Origin: Pseudomonadota bacterium
GTDB lineage: Bacteria > Pseudomonadota > Gammaproteobacteria > Steroidobacterales > Steroidobacteraceae
Reading direction: 5' to 3'
Length of the DNA stretch: 64,000 nt
Assembly: GCA_021777555.1 (NCBI GenBank)
Contig: JAJYDK010000016.1
Location: 5,178 to 69,177 of the forward strand
A model generated the notes under the pieces. The model was not told where the DNA came from. It saw only the letters and a program-made list of their open reading frames with translations, and ran no database searches. This document shows positions 27,659-36,712 of this stretch, piece by piece (the first letter of the stretch is position 1; every line of letters starts with the position of its first letter). Both the position numbers and the translations under genes were made by a program.

Positions 27659-28222
27659 TCAGCACTTCTCGCTGAGATCGGCGGTAAATCCGATAGGTCG
27701 GCGCTTGGGAGCCGGCGGGTTCATGAGCTGGCGGATGGCCGAGAGCATGGCGGCGATCGCCTCATCGTGCGTGGTGAGCTTTTTCTCGATGCGTGCCTCG
27801 AGCTCATCGAGGCGGCGAGCGAGATCCTTGTTCGAGGCGAGGAGCTTGCGGAGCTTCACGAAGGCGCGCACGACGTAGATGCCCATCTCGACGGCCCGTG
27901 GACTGCTGAGGACGTTGGCGACCTGGATGGCGCCATGCTCGGTGAAGGCGTAGGGTCGATAGCGACGCCCGCCGCGACCAGGACTTTTTGAGGTCGCAAT
28001 TTGCGACCTCAAAGGCTCCGCTTCCTCGGCGGTGAGCTGGAACACGAAATCCTCTGGAAACCGCTTGGCGTTGCGCTTGACGGCCTCGTTGAGGCGTCCG
28101 GTGGTGACGCCGTAGATCGCCGCGAGGTCGCGATCGAGGATGACGCGCTGACCGCGCAGGACGAGGATCGAGCGGGAGATGTGCTCGACGGGGAGGAGGG
28201 AGGCCTGGCTGGATCTGGCCAT
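27659..28222 (-). CDS. ORF6N domain-containing protein (KilA-N-related DNA-binding protein)
   Basis: The ORF6N hallmarks are present: RGQRVILDRDLAAIYGVTTGRLNEAVKRN..RFPEDFVFQLT..E...LRSQIATS...GGRRY.PYAFTEHG. A coiled-coil tail follows. Confidence 0.8.
   Translation of the reverse strand: MARSSQASLLPVEHISRSILVLRGQRVILDRDLAAIYGVTTGRLNEAVKRNAKRFPEDFVFQLTAEEAEPLRSQIATSKSPGRGGRRYRPYAFTEHGAIQVANVLSSPRAVEMGIYVVRAFVKLRKLLASNKDLARRLDELEARIEKKLTTHDEAIAAMLSAIRQLMNPPAPKRRPIGFTADLSEKC
27987..28013. repeat. Perfect 13+1+13 palindrome inside the ORF6N coding sequence
   Basis: The sequence is tttgaggtcgcaa-t-ttgcgacctcaaa. It encodes the conserved LRSQIATSK segment on the minus strand. Confidence 0.9.
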
Positions 28223-28245
28223 GGTGAAGTCCTATCCCGGCGCGT

Positions 28246-28562
28246 TCAGCGACCGGACTGGCTCAGGATGCCATCGAGCATCTGCATCACGACTTTCTGC
28301 TGAGCCTTCGGCAGGCGCTTCAAGCGCTCGATCTGCTTCTGGAGCAGCGGCGTGGGACCGCGGCGGCCGGCGCCGCCGCTGTGCAATCCCAATAGCTCAT
28401 CGACGCTGACACCGAAAAGCTCGGCGAACACGGGCAGCATCGAGACGGCCGGCCGGGCCCGGGCGACCTCGTAGTTGGCGTACGTCTGCTCTGCGATCTC
28501 GAGGGCATCGGCGCCCCGAACTGATAGGCCATGCGTGAGCCCTCTTACGCGCGGCTGAAGGG
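28246..28562 (-). pseudogene. XRE-family HTH regulator remnant (N-terminus lost, no usable start)
   Basis: The frame reads ..RVRGLTHGLSVRGADALEIAEQTYANYEVARARPAVSMLPVFAELFGVSVDELLG...LLQKQIERLKRLPKAQQKVVMQMLDGIL. I saw no ATG, GTG or TTG upstream of the HTH. The first ATG (28440) lies after helix 3, and the 5' end runs into the stop of the upstream antitoxin gene. Confidence 0.5.
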
Positions 28563-28565
28563 TGA

Positions 28566-28769
28566 TTACAGCCGGTCGTACTCGGCATCGTTCGGGTTGT
28601 TCCAGACGGCTGCGAAGGCGGGCTCGGACACTTGTGCGGCGCTGCGCACGAGATGATGGTCGGATTCCCGGTTTTGCAGGAAGTCGATGAAGTCCTCGAC
28701 CGCGGCGCGCCGCTCTGGCGGGAGGGCTCGCAGCTTCTCGAGCAGGAGCTGTTCAGCCTGTGCACTCAT
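28566..28769 (-). CDS. DUF2281-like type II antitoxin, apparently orphan
   Basis: The 67-aa protein (MSAQAEQLLLEKLRALPPERRAAVEDFIDFLQNRE...) starts at an ATG preceded by GGAG. No PIN or other toxin ORF follows it. Confidence 0.5.
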   Translation of the reverse strand: MSAQAEQLLLEKLRALPPERRAAVEDFIDFLQNRESDHHLVRSAAQVSEPAFAAVWNNPNDAEYDRL

Positions 28770-28962
28770 GGGGAAATCTCCGCCGGCCCTGCTCGGCGGC
28801 GATGAAGGCATCGATGATCGAGAGGCGCTCCTCGACCGGGGTATTGAGCACACGCGCCAGATCACTCGGGAGTGCGACCGGCGCAAGATGCCATCGAGCC
28901 GCAGCGCTCTACGCTAAACTGGCATCGTGATTCCGGTAGCCGGCAGAGGCGGCAGCAGTAGC

Positions 28963-30045
28963 ATGGCAGTAAGCAAGGCGTGGGACGCCGAAGAAGGCGA
29001 AACGGCTCCACAGTCCGCGTGCGCCTGGCCCCTGGAGGAGGGCTTCCGGCCCCCTTTCCTGCTGCGCGGCCGTCACCTGCAGTCCATGCTGGCCAGCATC
29101 GGGCTGCGGCGGGGTCCCATCGTGCGCCGCGCCGCGCCCTTGCTCGCCGACCAGCGAGAGCTCCTGCTCGACTGTGGCGACGGCGTTCGCCTGCAGTGCT
29201 TACGGTCCGGTGCCGGGCAGGGCGAGCCGGTGGTGTTGCTGCACGGATGGGAAGGCAGCGCGGATTCGCTCTACGTGCTCTCTCTGGGACAGCAGCTCTT
29301 CGAGCGGGGATTCGACGTGCTGCGCCTCAATCTGCGCGATCACGGCGAAACGCACGGGCTCAACCGCGGGCTCTTTCACTCCTGCCGCCTGCCCGAGGTC
29401 CTGGGCGCACTGAGGGCCCTGCAGCGGCTCACTGGGCGTTCGCTGCGGCTGGTCGGCTTCTCGCTCGGCGGCAATTTCCTCCTGCGGGCCGGCGCGGAGG
29501 CTCGTACCGCGGGCCTCGATCTCGCCCGGATCGTGGCCGTGTCACCCGTCCTCGATCCACACGAGACCCTCCTCGCGCTGGAGAAGGGATTTCGCGGCTA
29601 TTCCGTCTATTTCGCCCGGAAATGGTGGCGATCGCTCAAGAAAAAACAGCTGGCCTGGCCGCAGGACTACGACTTCCACGATCTTCACGGCACCCGGGAC
29701 CTGCGCCGTCTGACCTCCGAGCTCATCGGTCGCTACACCCGCTTCACGAGCCTCGATGAGTACCTCGACGGCTACTCGCTCACCGGCCACCGGCTCGAAG
29801 GACTCGAGGTTCCTTCGACCCTGCTCACCGCGCTCGACGATCCCATCATTCCGCCCGAGGGACTCGCCCGCTTGGCGCGGCCTTCATGCCTGGACATCGT
29901 GGTGACCCGACGAGGCGGTCATTGCGGCTTCCTGGAGCGGCTCAACGGCCCGACCTGGGCCGAGCGCCTCGTCGTGGACGAGCTGACGCTCAAGGTGGCC
30001 ACAGTCCCGGCGTCGGACGCGGCGCCCGCCGAAGAAGTGGCCTAA
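28963..30045 (+). CDS. Alpha/beta hydrolase, YheT-like
   Basis: It has VVLLHGWEGSADS and the nucleophile elbow GFSLGGN, with a length and order typical of YheT-family hydrolases. Confidence 0.8.
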   Translation: MAVSKAWDAEEGETAPQSACAWPLEEGFRPPFLLRGRHLQSMLASIGLRRGPIVRRAAPLLADQRELLLDCGDGVRLQCLRSGAGQGEPVVLLHGWEGSADSLYVLSLGQQLFERGFDVLRLNLRDHGETHGLNRGLFHSCRLPEVLGALRALQRLTGRSLRLVGFSLGGNFLLRAGAEARTAGLDLARIVAVSPVLDPHETLLALEKGFRGYSVYFARKWWRSLKKKQLAWPQDYDFHDLHGTRDLRRLTSELIGRYTRFTSLDEYLDGYSLTGHRLEGLEVPSTLLTALDDPIIPPEGLARLARPSCLDIVVTRRGGHCGFLERLNGPTWAERLVVDELTLKVATVPASDAAPAEEVA

Positions 30046-30165
30046 GCGCGGCCTCGGCAGCCCGGACACTCCAGGATCCCTTCCGGGGGATCGCTCCATC
30101 TTCCTTCCGTCGCAGGCGCCTGAGGCCGGCCCTCGGCCGTTCCGCCCGGGGCGTACACTGCCTCC

Positions 30166-31488
30166 ATGCGAAGACGCGCCCTCGTCGATCGGCCGCCGGC
30201 CGCCCGCGCTCCCGCGCTCGCGGGACGGGAATTCGTGCGCGCCGTGACACTGGCGAATGGCCTCAGGGTCATCGTCTGGCCGGTGCACCACATTCCCAAT
30301 GTCGCCCTCAATCTCTGGGTGCGCGCCGGCAGCCGTAACGAGGCCCCGGGCATCACGGGGCTGGCGCATTTCTTCGAGCACATGATGTTCAACGGCACGG
30401 TGCGGCGCCACCCGGGTGAATTCGACCGGCTGATGGAGGCGCAGGGCGGGGCCAACAATGCCTTCACCAGCGACGATGTCACGGTGTACCAGGACTGGTT
30501 CCCCGCGCATGCCCTCGAACTCGTGCTCGATCTGGAATCGGACCGGGTCGCAAACCTGGCCTTTGCTCCGGAGCTGATCGAGAGCGAACGCGGCGTCGTC
30601 ACCTCCGAGCGCCGGCTGCGCGTCGAGGACAACAACCACGGGCTGCTCGCCGAGCAGGTGCAGGCGGCCGCCTTCCTGGCTCACCCCTATCGCTTCCCGA
30701 CCATCGGCTGGCCCGAGGACATTCAGTCCTGGCGGATGGAGGACCTGCAGGCGTTCTACAGGACCTACTACGCGCCCAACAATCTCACCCTGACGCTCGC
30801 CGGCGACCTCGATCCCGAGCGCGCCCTCGCCCTGGCGCGGCGCTACTTCGAGCCCATCGCCGCGCAATCGCCGCCCGCGCCCGTCGAGACGCGCGAGCCG
30901 GAACAGCTCGCGGAGCGGCGGGTGCTGATCCGGCGCAAGGTGCAGACCCCGCTCCTGCAATGCGCCTACAAGGCGCCCGCCGCCGCCGATTCGCGCGCCC
31001 CGGCCATGGAGCTGCTGCTGTCGGTGCTGGTGGAGGGCGATGCGTCGCGCCTGCATCGCTCGCTGGTCGAGGATCAGCGCCTCGCCATCGAGGTGGGGGG
31101 GCACTGGCAGGAAGGATTCGATCCGGGGCTCCTGTGGCTCTCCCTCACGCTGCCGGAGGAGGCCGAGCCCGATGAGGTGCTCGGGGCGCTCGATCGGGAG
31201 CTGACCCGTCTCGCGCTCGAGGGTGTGAACGAGGCCGAGCTCGCGCGGGCGCGCAACCTCGCCGTCGTCGGATTCTGGAAGAAGCTGGCCACCATCGACG
31301 GCAAGGCGCACCTCCTCGGCGAGTACGAGGTGTTTCACGGCGGCTGGGCCGGGTTGTTCGAGGCGCCGGCGCGCCTTGCCGAAGTGTCCCGCACGCAGCT
31401 GCGTACCGTGGCCGAGGAGATCCTCGACCGCAGGAGGCGCACCGTCGGCATGTTGATCGACGAGGAGCCGGGGAGCGCGAGCGAATGA
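30166..31488 (+). CDS. M16-family zinc peptidase (active subunit)
   Basis: It carries the inverted zinc motif HFFEH within GLAHFFEHMMFNG. Confidence 0.9.
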   Translation: MRRRALVDRPPAARAPALAGREFVRAVTLANGLRVIVWPVHHIPNVALNLWVRAGSRNEAPGITGLAHFFEHMMFNGTVRRHPGEFDRLMEAQGGANNAFTSDDVTVYQDWFPAHALELVLDLESDRVANLAFAPELIESERGVVTSERRLRVEDNNHGLLAEQVQAAAFLAHPYRFPTIGWPEDIQSWRMEDLQAFYRTYYAPNNLTLTLAGDLDPERALALARRYFEPIAAQSPPAPVETREPEQLAERRVLIRRKVQTPLLQCAYKAPAAADSRAPAMELLLSVLVEGDASRLHRSLVEDQRLAIEVGGHWQEGFDPGLLWLSLTLPEEAEPDEVLGALDRELTRLALEGVNEAELARARNLAVVGFWKKLATIDGKAHLLGEYEVFHGGWAGLFEAPARLAEVSRTQLRTVAEEILDRRRRTVGMLIDEEPGSASE

Positions 31489-31552
31489 ACCGCCGGGAGC
31501 GGTTCATGAGGCGCGATGCGCGGCCCCGAGGGGATTCGGGGCGAGGCCCAGG

Positions 31553-32989
31553 ATGGGCCGGGCAATGACGGGCGTGCGCGTGCCCGGGCATACACGTCTC
31601 GTGTTGGACAACGGCGCCACTCTCATTCTCATCCCCCGGCGGGACGTGCCGCTGGTCGCCTGCCACGCGGTGATGCGTGGCGGCGCGCTGACCGACCCGG
31701 AAGCGCTTCCCGGTGTCGCCTCCCTGGTGGCGGGTCTCCTGGAAAAGGGTGCGGGAGCGCGTGACGCCTACGAGTTCGCCGATACGGTCGAGGGCGTCGG
31801 AGGCGCATTCGGCGCCGGGGCCGGAGCCGAGACGATCACCATCAGGGCGCAGTTCCTCTCGCGCGATCAATCCCTGATGCTCGAGCTGTTGGCGGATGCG
31901 CTGCGCTCGCCGAGGCTGGCGCCGGAGGAGTTCGAGCACCTGCGCGAGCGGCAGATCGAGCTCATCAAGGCCGCCAAGGACTCCGAGCCCGCCGAGCTCA
32001 TCGACGCCTATGGCCGTGCCCTCCTGTTCGAAACGCATCCCTACGGTCGGCCGGTGTTCGGCAGCGAAGCCTCGCTCGCGGCGATCGATGCCGCACACGC
32101 CCGCGACAGCTACCACGGCCACTTCGGCGCCGACCGGCTGGTCCTCGTGCTCGCGGGCGATCTTGACCTTACGGGCATCGAGACGGCGGCCCGCGCGGCC
32201 TTCGGAGACTGGAGCAAGGCAACCGCTCGATTGCGCCCGCTCGAGCGGCCCGTGGCCGCGGGCCGGCGCATCCTCCTGGTCGACTCGCCGGGCTCGACCC
32301 AGACTCATTTCTGGATCGGCAGCATCGGGGTCGACAAGCGCTACCGGCGCCACGCGGCGCTCGATCTGGTGAACACCCTGTTCGGCGGCCGGTTCACCTC
32401 GCTCCTGAACGCGGAGCTGCGCATCAAGTCGGGATTGTCCTACGGGGCGCGCTCGGGATTCTTCCGTGGCAGCGTTCCCGGGGAGTTCGCGATCCGCACC
32501 TTCGTCCAGGCGGACAAGACCGGGCTGGGTGTGGGCATGGTGCTCTCCGCACTCACCCTGCTCAGGCGCGAGGGAGTGACCGCGGATATGCTCGATTCCG
32601 CGCGGGCCTACACGCTCGGCCAGTATGCGCTCGGGCTCGAGACGGCCGCGGACTGGGCCGCCGCGCTCGCCGAGATCGAGCTCTATGGCTTAGGAACGGG
32701 CTACATCGACGAGTACGCCGCGGAACTCGCGGCGGTCGATCCCGCCGCCGCCCGGGAAGTGATCGAAGAGGCGTTTCCGCAGGCGGAGTCGATGTCCATC
32801 GTGGCGATCGGGGATGCCGCGGGCGTGCGCGGCCAGCTCGAGGAATTCGGCCCCGTGATCGAGATGCCGCTCACCGATCCTGATTTCCTGCCGCGGGTGA
32901 CGGGAGACGAAGCGACTACGAGGGGGGGTGAGTCGCCCCGTCTCCCGGACCCTTCAGCTTCCTCGCGCAGGCGTCCTTGTTATGACTGA
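31553..32989 (+). CDS. M16-family peptidase, non-catalytic partner
   Basis: It has the M16 fold pattern but no HxxEH. It is paired with the upstream active subunit. The last ~30 codons run through a REP-like hairpin element. Confidence 0.85.
   Translation: MGRAMTGVRVPGHTRLVLDNGATLILIPRRDVPLVACHAVMRGGALTDPEALPGVASLVAGLLEKGAGARDAYEFADTVEGVGGAFGAGAGAETITIRAQFLSRDQSLMLELLADALRSPRLAPEEFEHLRERQIELIKAAKDSEPAELIDAYGRALLFETHPYGRPVFGSEASLAAIDAAHARDSYHGHFGADRLVLVLAGDLDLTGIETAARAAFGDWSKATARLRPLERPVAAGRRILLVDSPGSTQTHFWIGSIGVDKRYRRHAALDLVNTLFGGRFTSLLNAELRIKSGLSYGARSGFFRGSVPGEFAIRTFVQADKTGLGVGMVLSALTLLRREGVTADMLDSARAYTLGQYALGLETAADWAAALAEIELYGLGTGYIDEYAAELAAVDPAAAREVIEEAFPQAESMSIVAIGDAAGVRGQLEEFGPVIEMPLTDPDFLPRVTGDEATTRGGESPRLPDPSASSRRRPCYD
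32901..32952. repeat. REP-like palindromic element, copy 1 (inside the 3' end of the M16 gene)
   Basis: The outer stem is cgggagacg...cgtctcccg (9 bp) and the inner stem is gcgact/agtcgc, around a G7 loop. It shares cgggagacgaagcg, gaggggggg and cccggaccc blocks with copy 2. Confidence 0.6.
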
Positions 32990-33006
32990 TCCGGACGGTG
33001 TGGGTT

Positions 33007-33063
33007 CCGGGAGACGAAGCGCGCCCATGAGGGGGGGATTGGACCGCTTCGCCTCCCGGACCC
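33007..33063. repeat. REP-like palindromic element, copy 2 (intergenic)
   Basis: The stem is ccgggagacgaagcg ... cgcttcgcctcccgg (15 bp, 1 mismatch) around a G7-containing loop. It lies 18 nt after the M16 stop, between convergent genes. Confidence 0.6.
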
Positions 33064-33072
33064 GGTAGTCGA

Positions 33073-33621
33073 TCAACTGCCCCGTGGGTGCACCTCCGTA
33101 CCTTGGAATTTCAGCGCAGTGAGGTTGCGCGTGACGAAACCCGAATCCGGGGACAGAGTTCGCGCCCTGGAGAAGTCCTGTTGCGCGCCGGCGTGGTCAT
33201 GCGAGAGCCAGCGCATCACACCGCGATCGGCGTAGGCGGCGGCAAGCCTCTTATCGCCGTCCCTGCTTGTCCAGACGGTCCAGGTGGGGCTGTCGAGGCG
33301 GGCGCTGCTCGCCTCGCGGACCGCGGTGTCGCAGGCCGTTTGCGCCGCATGCCATTGCGCGGTCATCGAGAGAGCCACGCAGCGGTTGGTGCTGACGGCG
33401 GCCGCATCGAGCGCCGCCGGGCTCGTGTGGCCGCGAAGCTGTTGCAGCGCGGCCGGATAGCGGCCGGCCAGCAGATCGTGGCCACCGGCGGCGGTGGGGT
33501 ACGCGGTGAGCACGAAGGGGTGGGGTTGCTCGGCGGCGAACGTGGTCGTCGCCATCGAGAGCGTCAACCCTGCGTACAGCGCGAGTGGTAACACCAGGGT
33601 GTTGCGTCTGTGTGATGACAT
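33073..33621 (-). CDS. Secreted hypothetical protein
   Basis: The internal ATG at 33621 is preceded by GGAGAG. A signal peptide (LVLPLALYAGLTLSMATTTFAAEQ) is present. I recognised no other motif. Confidence 0.5.
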   Translation of the reverse strand: MSSHRRNTLVLPLALYAGLTLSMATTTFAAEQPHPFVLTAYPTAAGGHDLLAGRYPAALQQLRGHTSPAALDAAAVSTNRCVALSMTAQWHAAQTACDTAVREASSARLDSPTWTVWTSRDGDKRLAAAYADRGVMRWLSHDHAGAQQDFSRARTLSPDSGFVTRNLTALKFQGTEVHPRGS

Positions 33622-33744
33622 GTGAGCTCTCCTATCGATCTGCGTTCCGGGGTCGGTGGCTCCTCGAGCGAGCGTTGACACGATAGAGGCCGCCCGCGGC
33701 GGCGACAAACGAAAAGAATTGCGGCGTGACATGAGCGCGGCTCA

Positions 33745-34689
33745 TCATCCGGTGGCGGCGCGGCGCGCCGGCAGACCGAGCGGCCGGCGATCGCCCCCCG
33801 GGTCCCTGAACTGAGCCAACATCCAGGCGCTGAACGCGCGGATGTCGGGTTTGTCGGCATCCTTCGGCCGGCTCGCGAGGTAATAGGTGTCCGCGGTCGG
33901 CAGCTCGATGGCGAAGATCCGCACCAGTGCGCCGGTGCGGAACCACGATTCGCAATGCGCGGTCGGTACGAGCGCCACACCTATCCCGCGCTCCGCGGCA
34001 CGCACCACCGCATGCATGGTGTCGAGCTCGAGAACGTTTTTCGGCTCCGGCGTCTCGAGGCCGACTTCCTCCGCCCAGCTCGCCCACACGTTGGGCCAGG
34101 GCTTGTGCACGATGAGCGCCATCTCCTTGAATACGGCGCCCCCAAGACGGGCCACAGCCGCGGCATGCCGCGGCGCGCACACCGCAGTCAGAGTCAACGT
34201 GAACAGGGAGGTAGCCTGCACGCCCTGCGGCGCTTCGTCGGACAACAGGATGGAGACGTCCGCACTGGCGGGGTGCTGCACGGGTCGCGGCTCGTGCGTG
34301 TCGATCTGGATGTCGATGTCGGGGTGATCGGCGCAGAAGCCAGCCAGGCGGGGGATGAACAATTCGCTCGCGAAGAACGGTGGCGCAAGCACGCGCAGCG
34401 AGCGCCGACCACCGCGCCGCACGAGCTGCGTCAGGCTCTTGTCGAGCGCCTCGAGGAGCGGGGCGATCTCATCGAGCAGCACGGCGCCAGCGTGCGTCAG
34501 CTCGAGAGCGCGCGGCTTGCGGTCGAACAGGCGCACGCCGAGCGCCTCCTCGAGCTCCTTCATCTGGTGGCTGACGGCGGACGGAGTCAGATACAACTCG
34601 TCGGCCGCGACCTTGAAGCTGCGGTGACGGGCGGCGGCGCAGAACACCCTGAGGCTCCTGGTCGGCGGCGGACGGGACAGACGCATCAT
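33745..34689 (-). CDS. LysR-family transcriptional regulator (GcvA-like)
   Basis: The N-terminal HTH is LRVFCAAARHRSFKVAADELYLTPSAVSHQMKELE, followed by a LysR substrate-binding domain. Confidence 0.9.
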   Translation of the reverse strand: MMRLSRPPPTRSLRVFCAAARHRSFKVAADELYLTPSAVSHQMKELEEALGVRLFDRKPRALELTHAGAVLLDEIAPLLEALDKSLTQLVRRGGRRSLRVLAPPFFASELFIPRLAGFCADHPDIDIQIDTHEPRPVQHPASADVSILLSDEAPQGVQATSLFTLTLTAVCAPRHAAAVARLGGAVFKEMALIVHKPWPNVWASWAEEVGLETPEPKNVLELDTMHAVVRAAERGIGVALVPTAHCESWFRTGALVRIFAIELPTADTYYLASRPKDADKPDIRAFSAWMLAQFRDPGGDRRPLGLPARRAATG

Positions 34690-34899
34690 TGCGGTGTGAC
34701 AGGGCTCGAGCATGGGGCATGAAGCTGATTTGCAAGAACCGTGCCGCCACGGCTCATCGCCCGAATGAGGCCATCCGGCCGATCGCGGCAGCCCCCTGGC
34801 GCGGCCGGCGCATCGAGTTGGACCGGGTGGGGGTTTCCATGCACCAACTTGGCGCGGCGCGGGAGGGGAGTCGCGGCGCGCCTTCGGGCCGTTCGGGGA

Positions 34900-35520
34900 T
34901 TACTGACCGAACCGCCGCGTGCTTCGAGCCAGGTACGCCGCCTCTTCGGGGGTGCTCGCGCGCCCGAGCGCCAGGTTGCGGTGCGGAAAGCGGCCGAATC
35001 GCAGCACGATGGCGCGGTGCCGCTCGGCCGACTCGAGCGCGCCCACGAACACGGGCCGCGGCCCGGGCGCCTCGGCGAGGAGTCTGCGGTAGGCGGCCAC
35101 CGATTCGTCCTGGGCATCGAGCCGCTCGGCGTGCTGCAGCGGCATGTAGAAAAAAATCCGCTCGATCGGCGAGAGCGCCGCATCCGCCGCGGCCTGCATG
35201 CCCGAGAGGGCGAGAGAGAGCGCCGCGTCATCGGTGGCGAAAGCGCGCGCCGTGCCCCGGTAGAGGTGGCGCGGGAACTGGTCGAGCAGGAGGATCAGGC
35301 TCAATCTTCGGTGCGGGCTGTCCGCCCAGGCTGCGAGCGAGCCCGAGGCGGCGCGCTCGGCGAGCGCGCCATAGCGGGTGCGGATGAGCTCATCCAGCGC
35401 GCGCAGCTCCTCGCGCGAGACGCCGGCGCCGAACCAGAGCCGCTGGCGCTCGTCCACGGATTCGAGGGTGACAGGCGCTTTTCCGAACCAGAACCGGCGC
35501 ACCTCGAGAGACTCGTCCAT
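34900..35520 (-). CDS. DUF924 family protein
   Basis: DUF924 hallmarks are present: RFWFG, LLLDQFPRHLYRG and FPHRN. Confidence 0.85.
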   Translation of the reverse strand: MDESLEVRRFWFGKAPVTLESVDERQRLWFGAGVSREELRALDELIRTRYGALAERAASGSLAAWADSPHRRLSLILLLDQFPRHLYRGTARAFATDDAALSLALSGMQAAADAALSPIERIFFYMPLQHAERLDAQDESVAAYRRLLAEAPGPRPVFVGALESAERHRAIVLRFGRFPHRNLALGRASTPEEAAYLARSTRRFGQ

Positions 35521-35553
35521 CGATGCGCTGCGGGGCGAGGGCGTTATGTCAGC

Positions 35554-35928
35554 CTACTCGCACAGACTCTCGAGATAGCCCTGGGCGACCGGCGAGAGGC
35601 GCTTGCGGGCGAGCGCGCGGGCTTTCGGGGCATCCATGATGTACTCCAGCGGGCCGGAGACCAGCATCTGCCGGATGCGCGGGTGACGTGCGGAGGCGCG
35701 GGCCATTTTGTTGAGCACCGTGAAGCCGCGGTTGATCTTCTCCCGCGAGGCGCGGTTCAACTCGATGGTGCGGGCCAGGTACTGGCCGAAGCGGGCGTAG
35801 AGGAAGTAATCGTCGTCGCCGACCTGGAAACGGGCTTCGGCGAAGAAGTCGGGGAAGTTCTTCTCGAGGTACGAATTGACGTTGCACAGGGCGGGACGGG
35901 GATCGAGGCTGCTCGTGCGCTGCTTCAT
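35554..35928 (-). CDS. Hypothetical protein
   Basis: The 124-aa ORF runs from the internal ATG at 35928. Its composition is protein-like and it has no recognisable motif. Confidence 0.4.
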   Translation of the reverse strand: MKQRTSSLDPRPALCNVNSYLEKNFPDFFAEARFQVGDDDYFLYARFGQYLARTIELNRASREKINRGFTVLNKMARASARHPRIRQMLVSGPLEYIMDAPKARALARKRLSPVAQGYLESLCE

Positions 35929-36127
35929 GTCCTGTGTCACACCTCCCGAGGTCCGGACTGCCATCGCTGGGCGCCGCGGGCGGCACCGCACCCCGCGACG
36001 CGGCGCGAATGGTGCGCGAGAAGATCGGTGGATGCAAGCGGAATATGCACCGTAGCGAAGGCTGTTGCCGTCTGGCGTCTCCCAGTCGTCTAATAGGCAG
36101 CGTCAACCACCGCAACGTCAGTTCCCG

Positions 36128-36712
36128 ATGCTCGGGCCACCTCCCAGCCAGACCGCCGAGAGTGCCACTCCCACCGAGAGCCGCGGGCACTCCCATGCCC
36201 TCTCGAAGCTCTTCGAGGAGCACAACCGGACCCTGCACTCATTCCTGCTGACGCGCCTCGGCAACGAGCAGGAGGCGCGCGAGGTGGCGCAGGAGGCCTA
36301 CGTGCGGCTGCTGCAGTTGGATCGGCCCGGGACGATCAGTTTCCTCAGGGCGTACCTGTTCAAGACCGCCGCCAATCTGGCGGTGGACCGGATCCGCCAG
36401 CAGGTCAATCGCGCGCGCCTCGATCAGATCGCGCCGCAGACCGAGCCGGTCGATCGCCTGAGTCCGGACCACCGGCTCATGGCCACCGAGGAGCTCGATG
36501 TGCTCGAGCGGGCACTGCTCGAATTGCCGCACAGCCACCGCCGGGCGTTCATTCTGCACCGCTTCGAGGACTGGCCGACGGCTGAGATCGCGCGCGACCT
36601 CGGCGTCCGGGAGCGCTCCGCGCGCAATTACATCACCCGGGCCGCCGTGTACTGCAAGCTGCGGCTGATGGGTGTTCCGCAAGCGCAGGCGAAGAAGCAG
36701 GTGCGGCTATGA
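36128..36712 (+). CDS. ECF sigma factor (FecI-like)
   Basis: Sigma-70 region 2 is EAREVAQEAYVRL and region 4 is RAFILHRFEDWPTAEIARDLGVRERSARNYI. The start is uncertain, at 36065 or 36128. Confidence 0.85.
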   Translation: MLGPPPSQTAESATPTESRGHSHALSKLFEEHNRTLHSFLLTRLGNEQEAREVAQEAYVRLLQLDRPGTISFLRAYLFKTAANLAVDRIRQQVNRARLDQIAPQTEPVDRLSPDHRLMATEELDVLERALLELPHSHRRAFILHRFEDWPTAEIARDLGVRERSARNYITRAAVYCKLRLMGVPQAQAKKQVRL

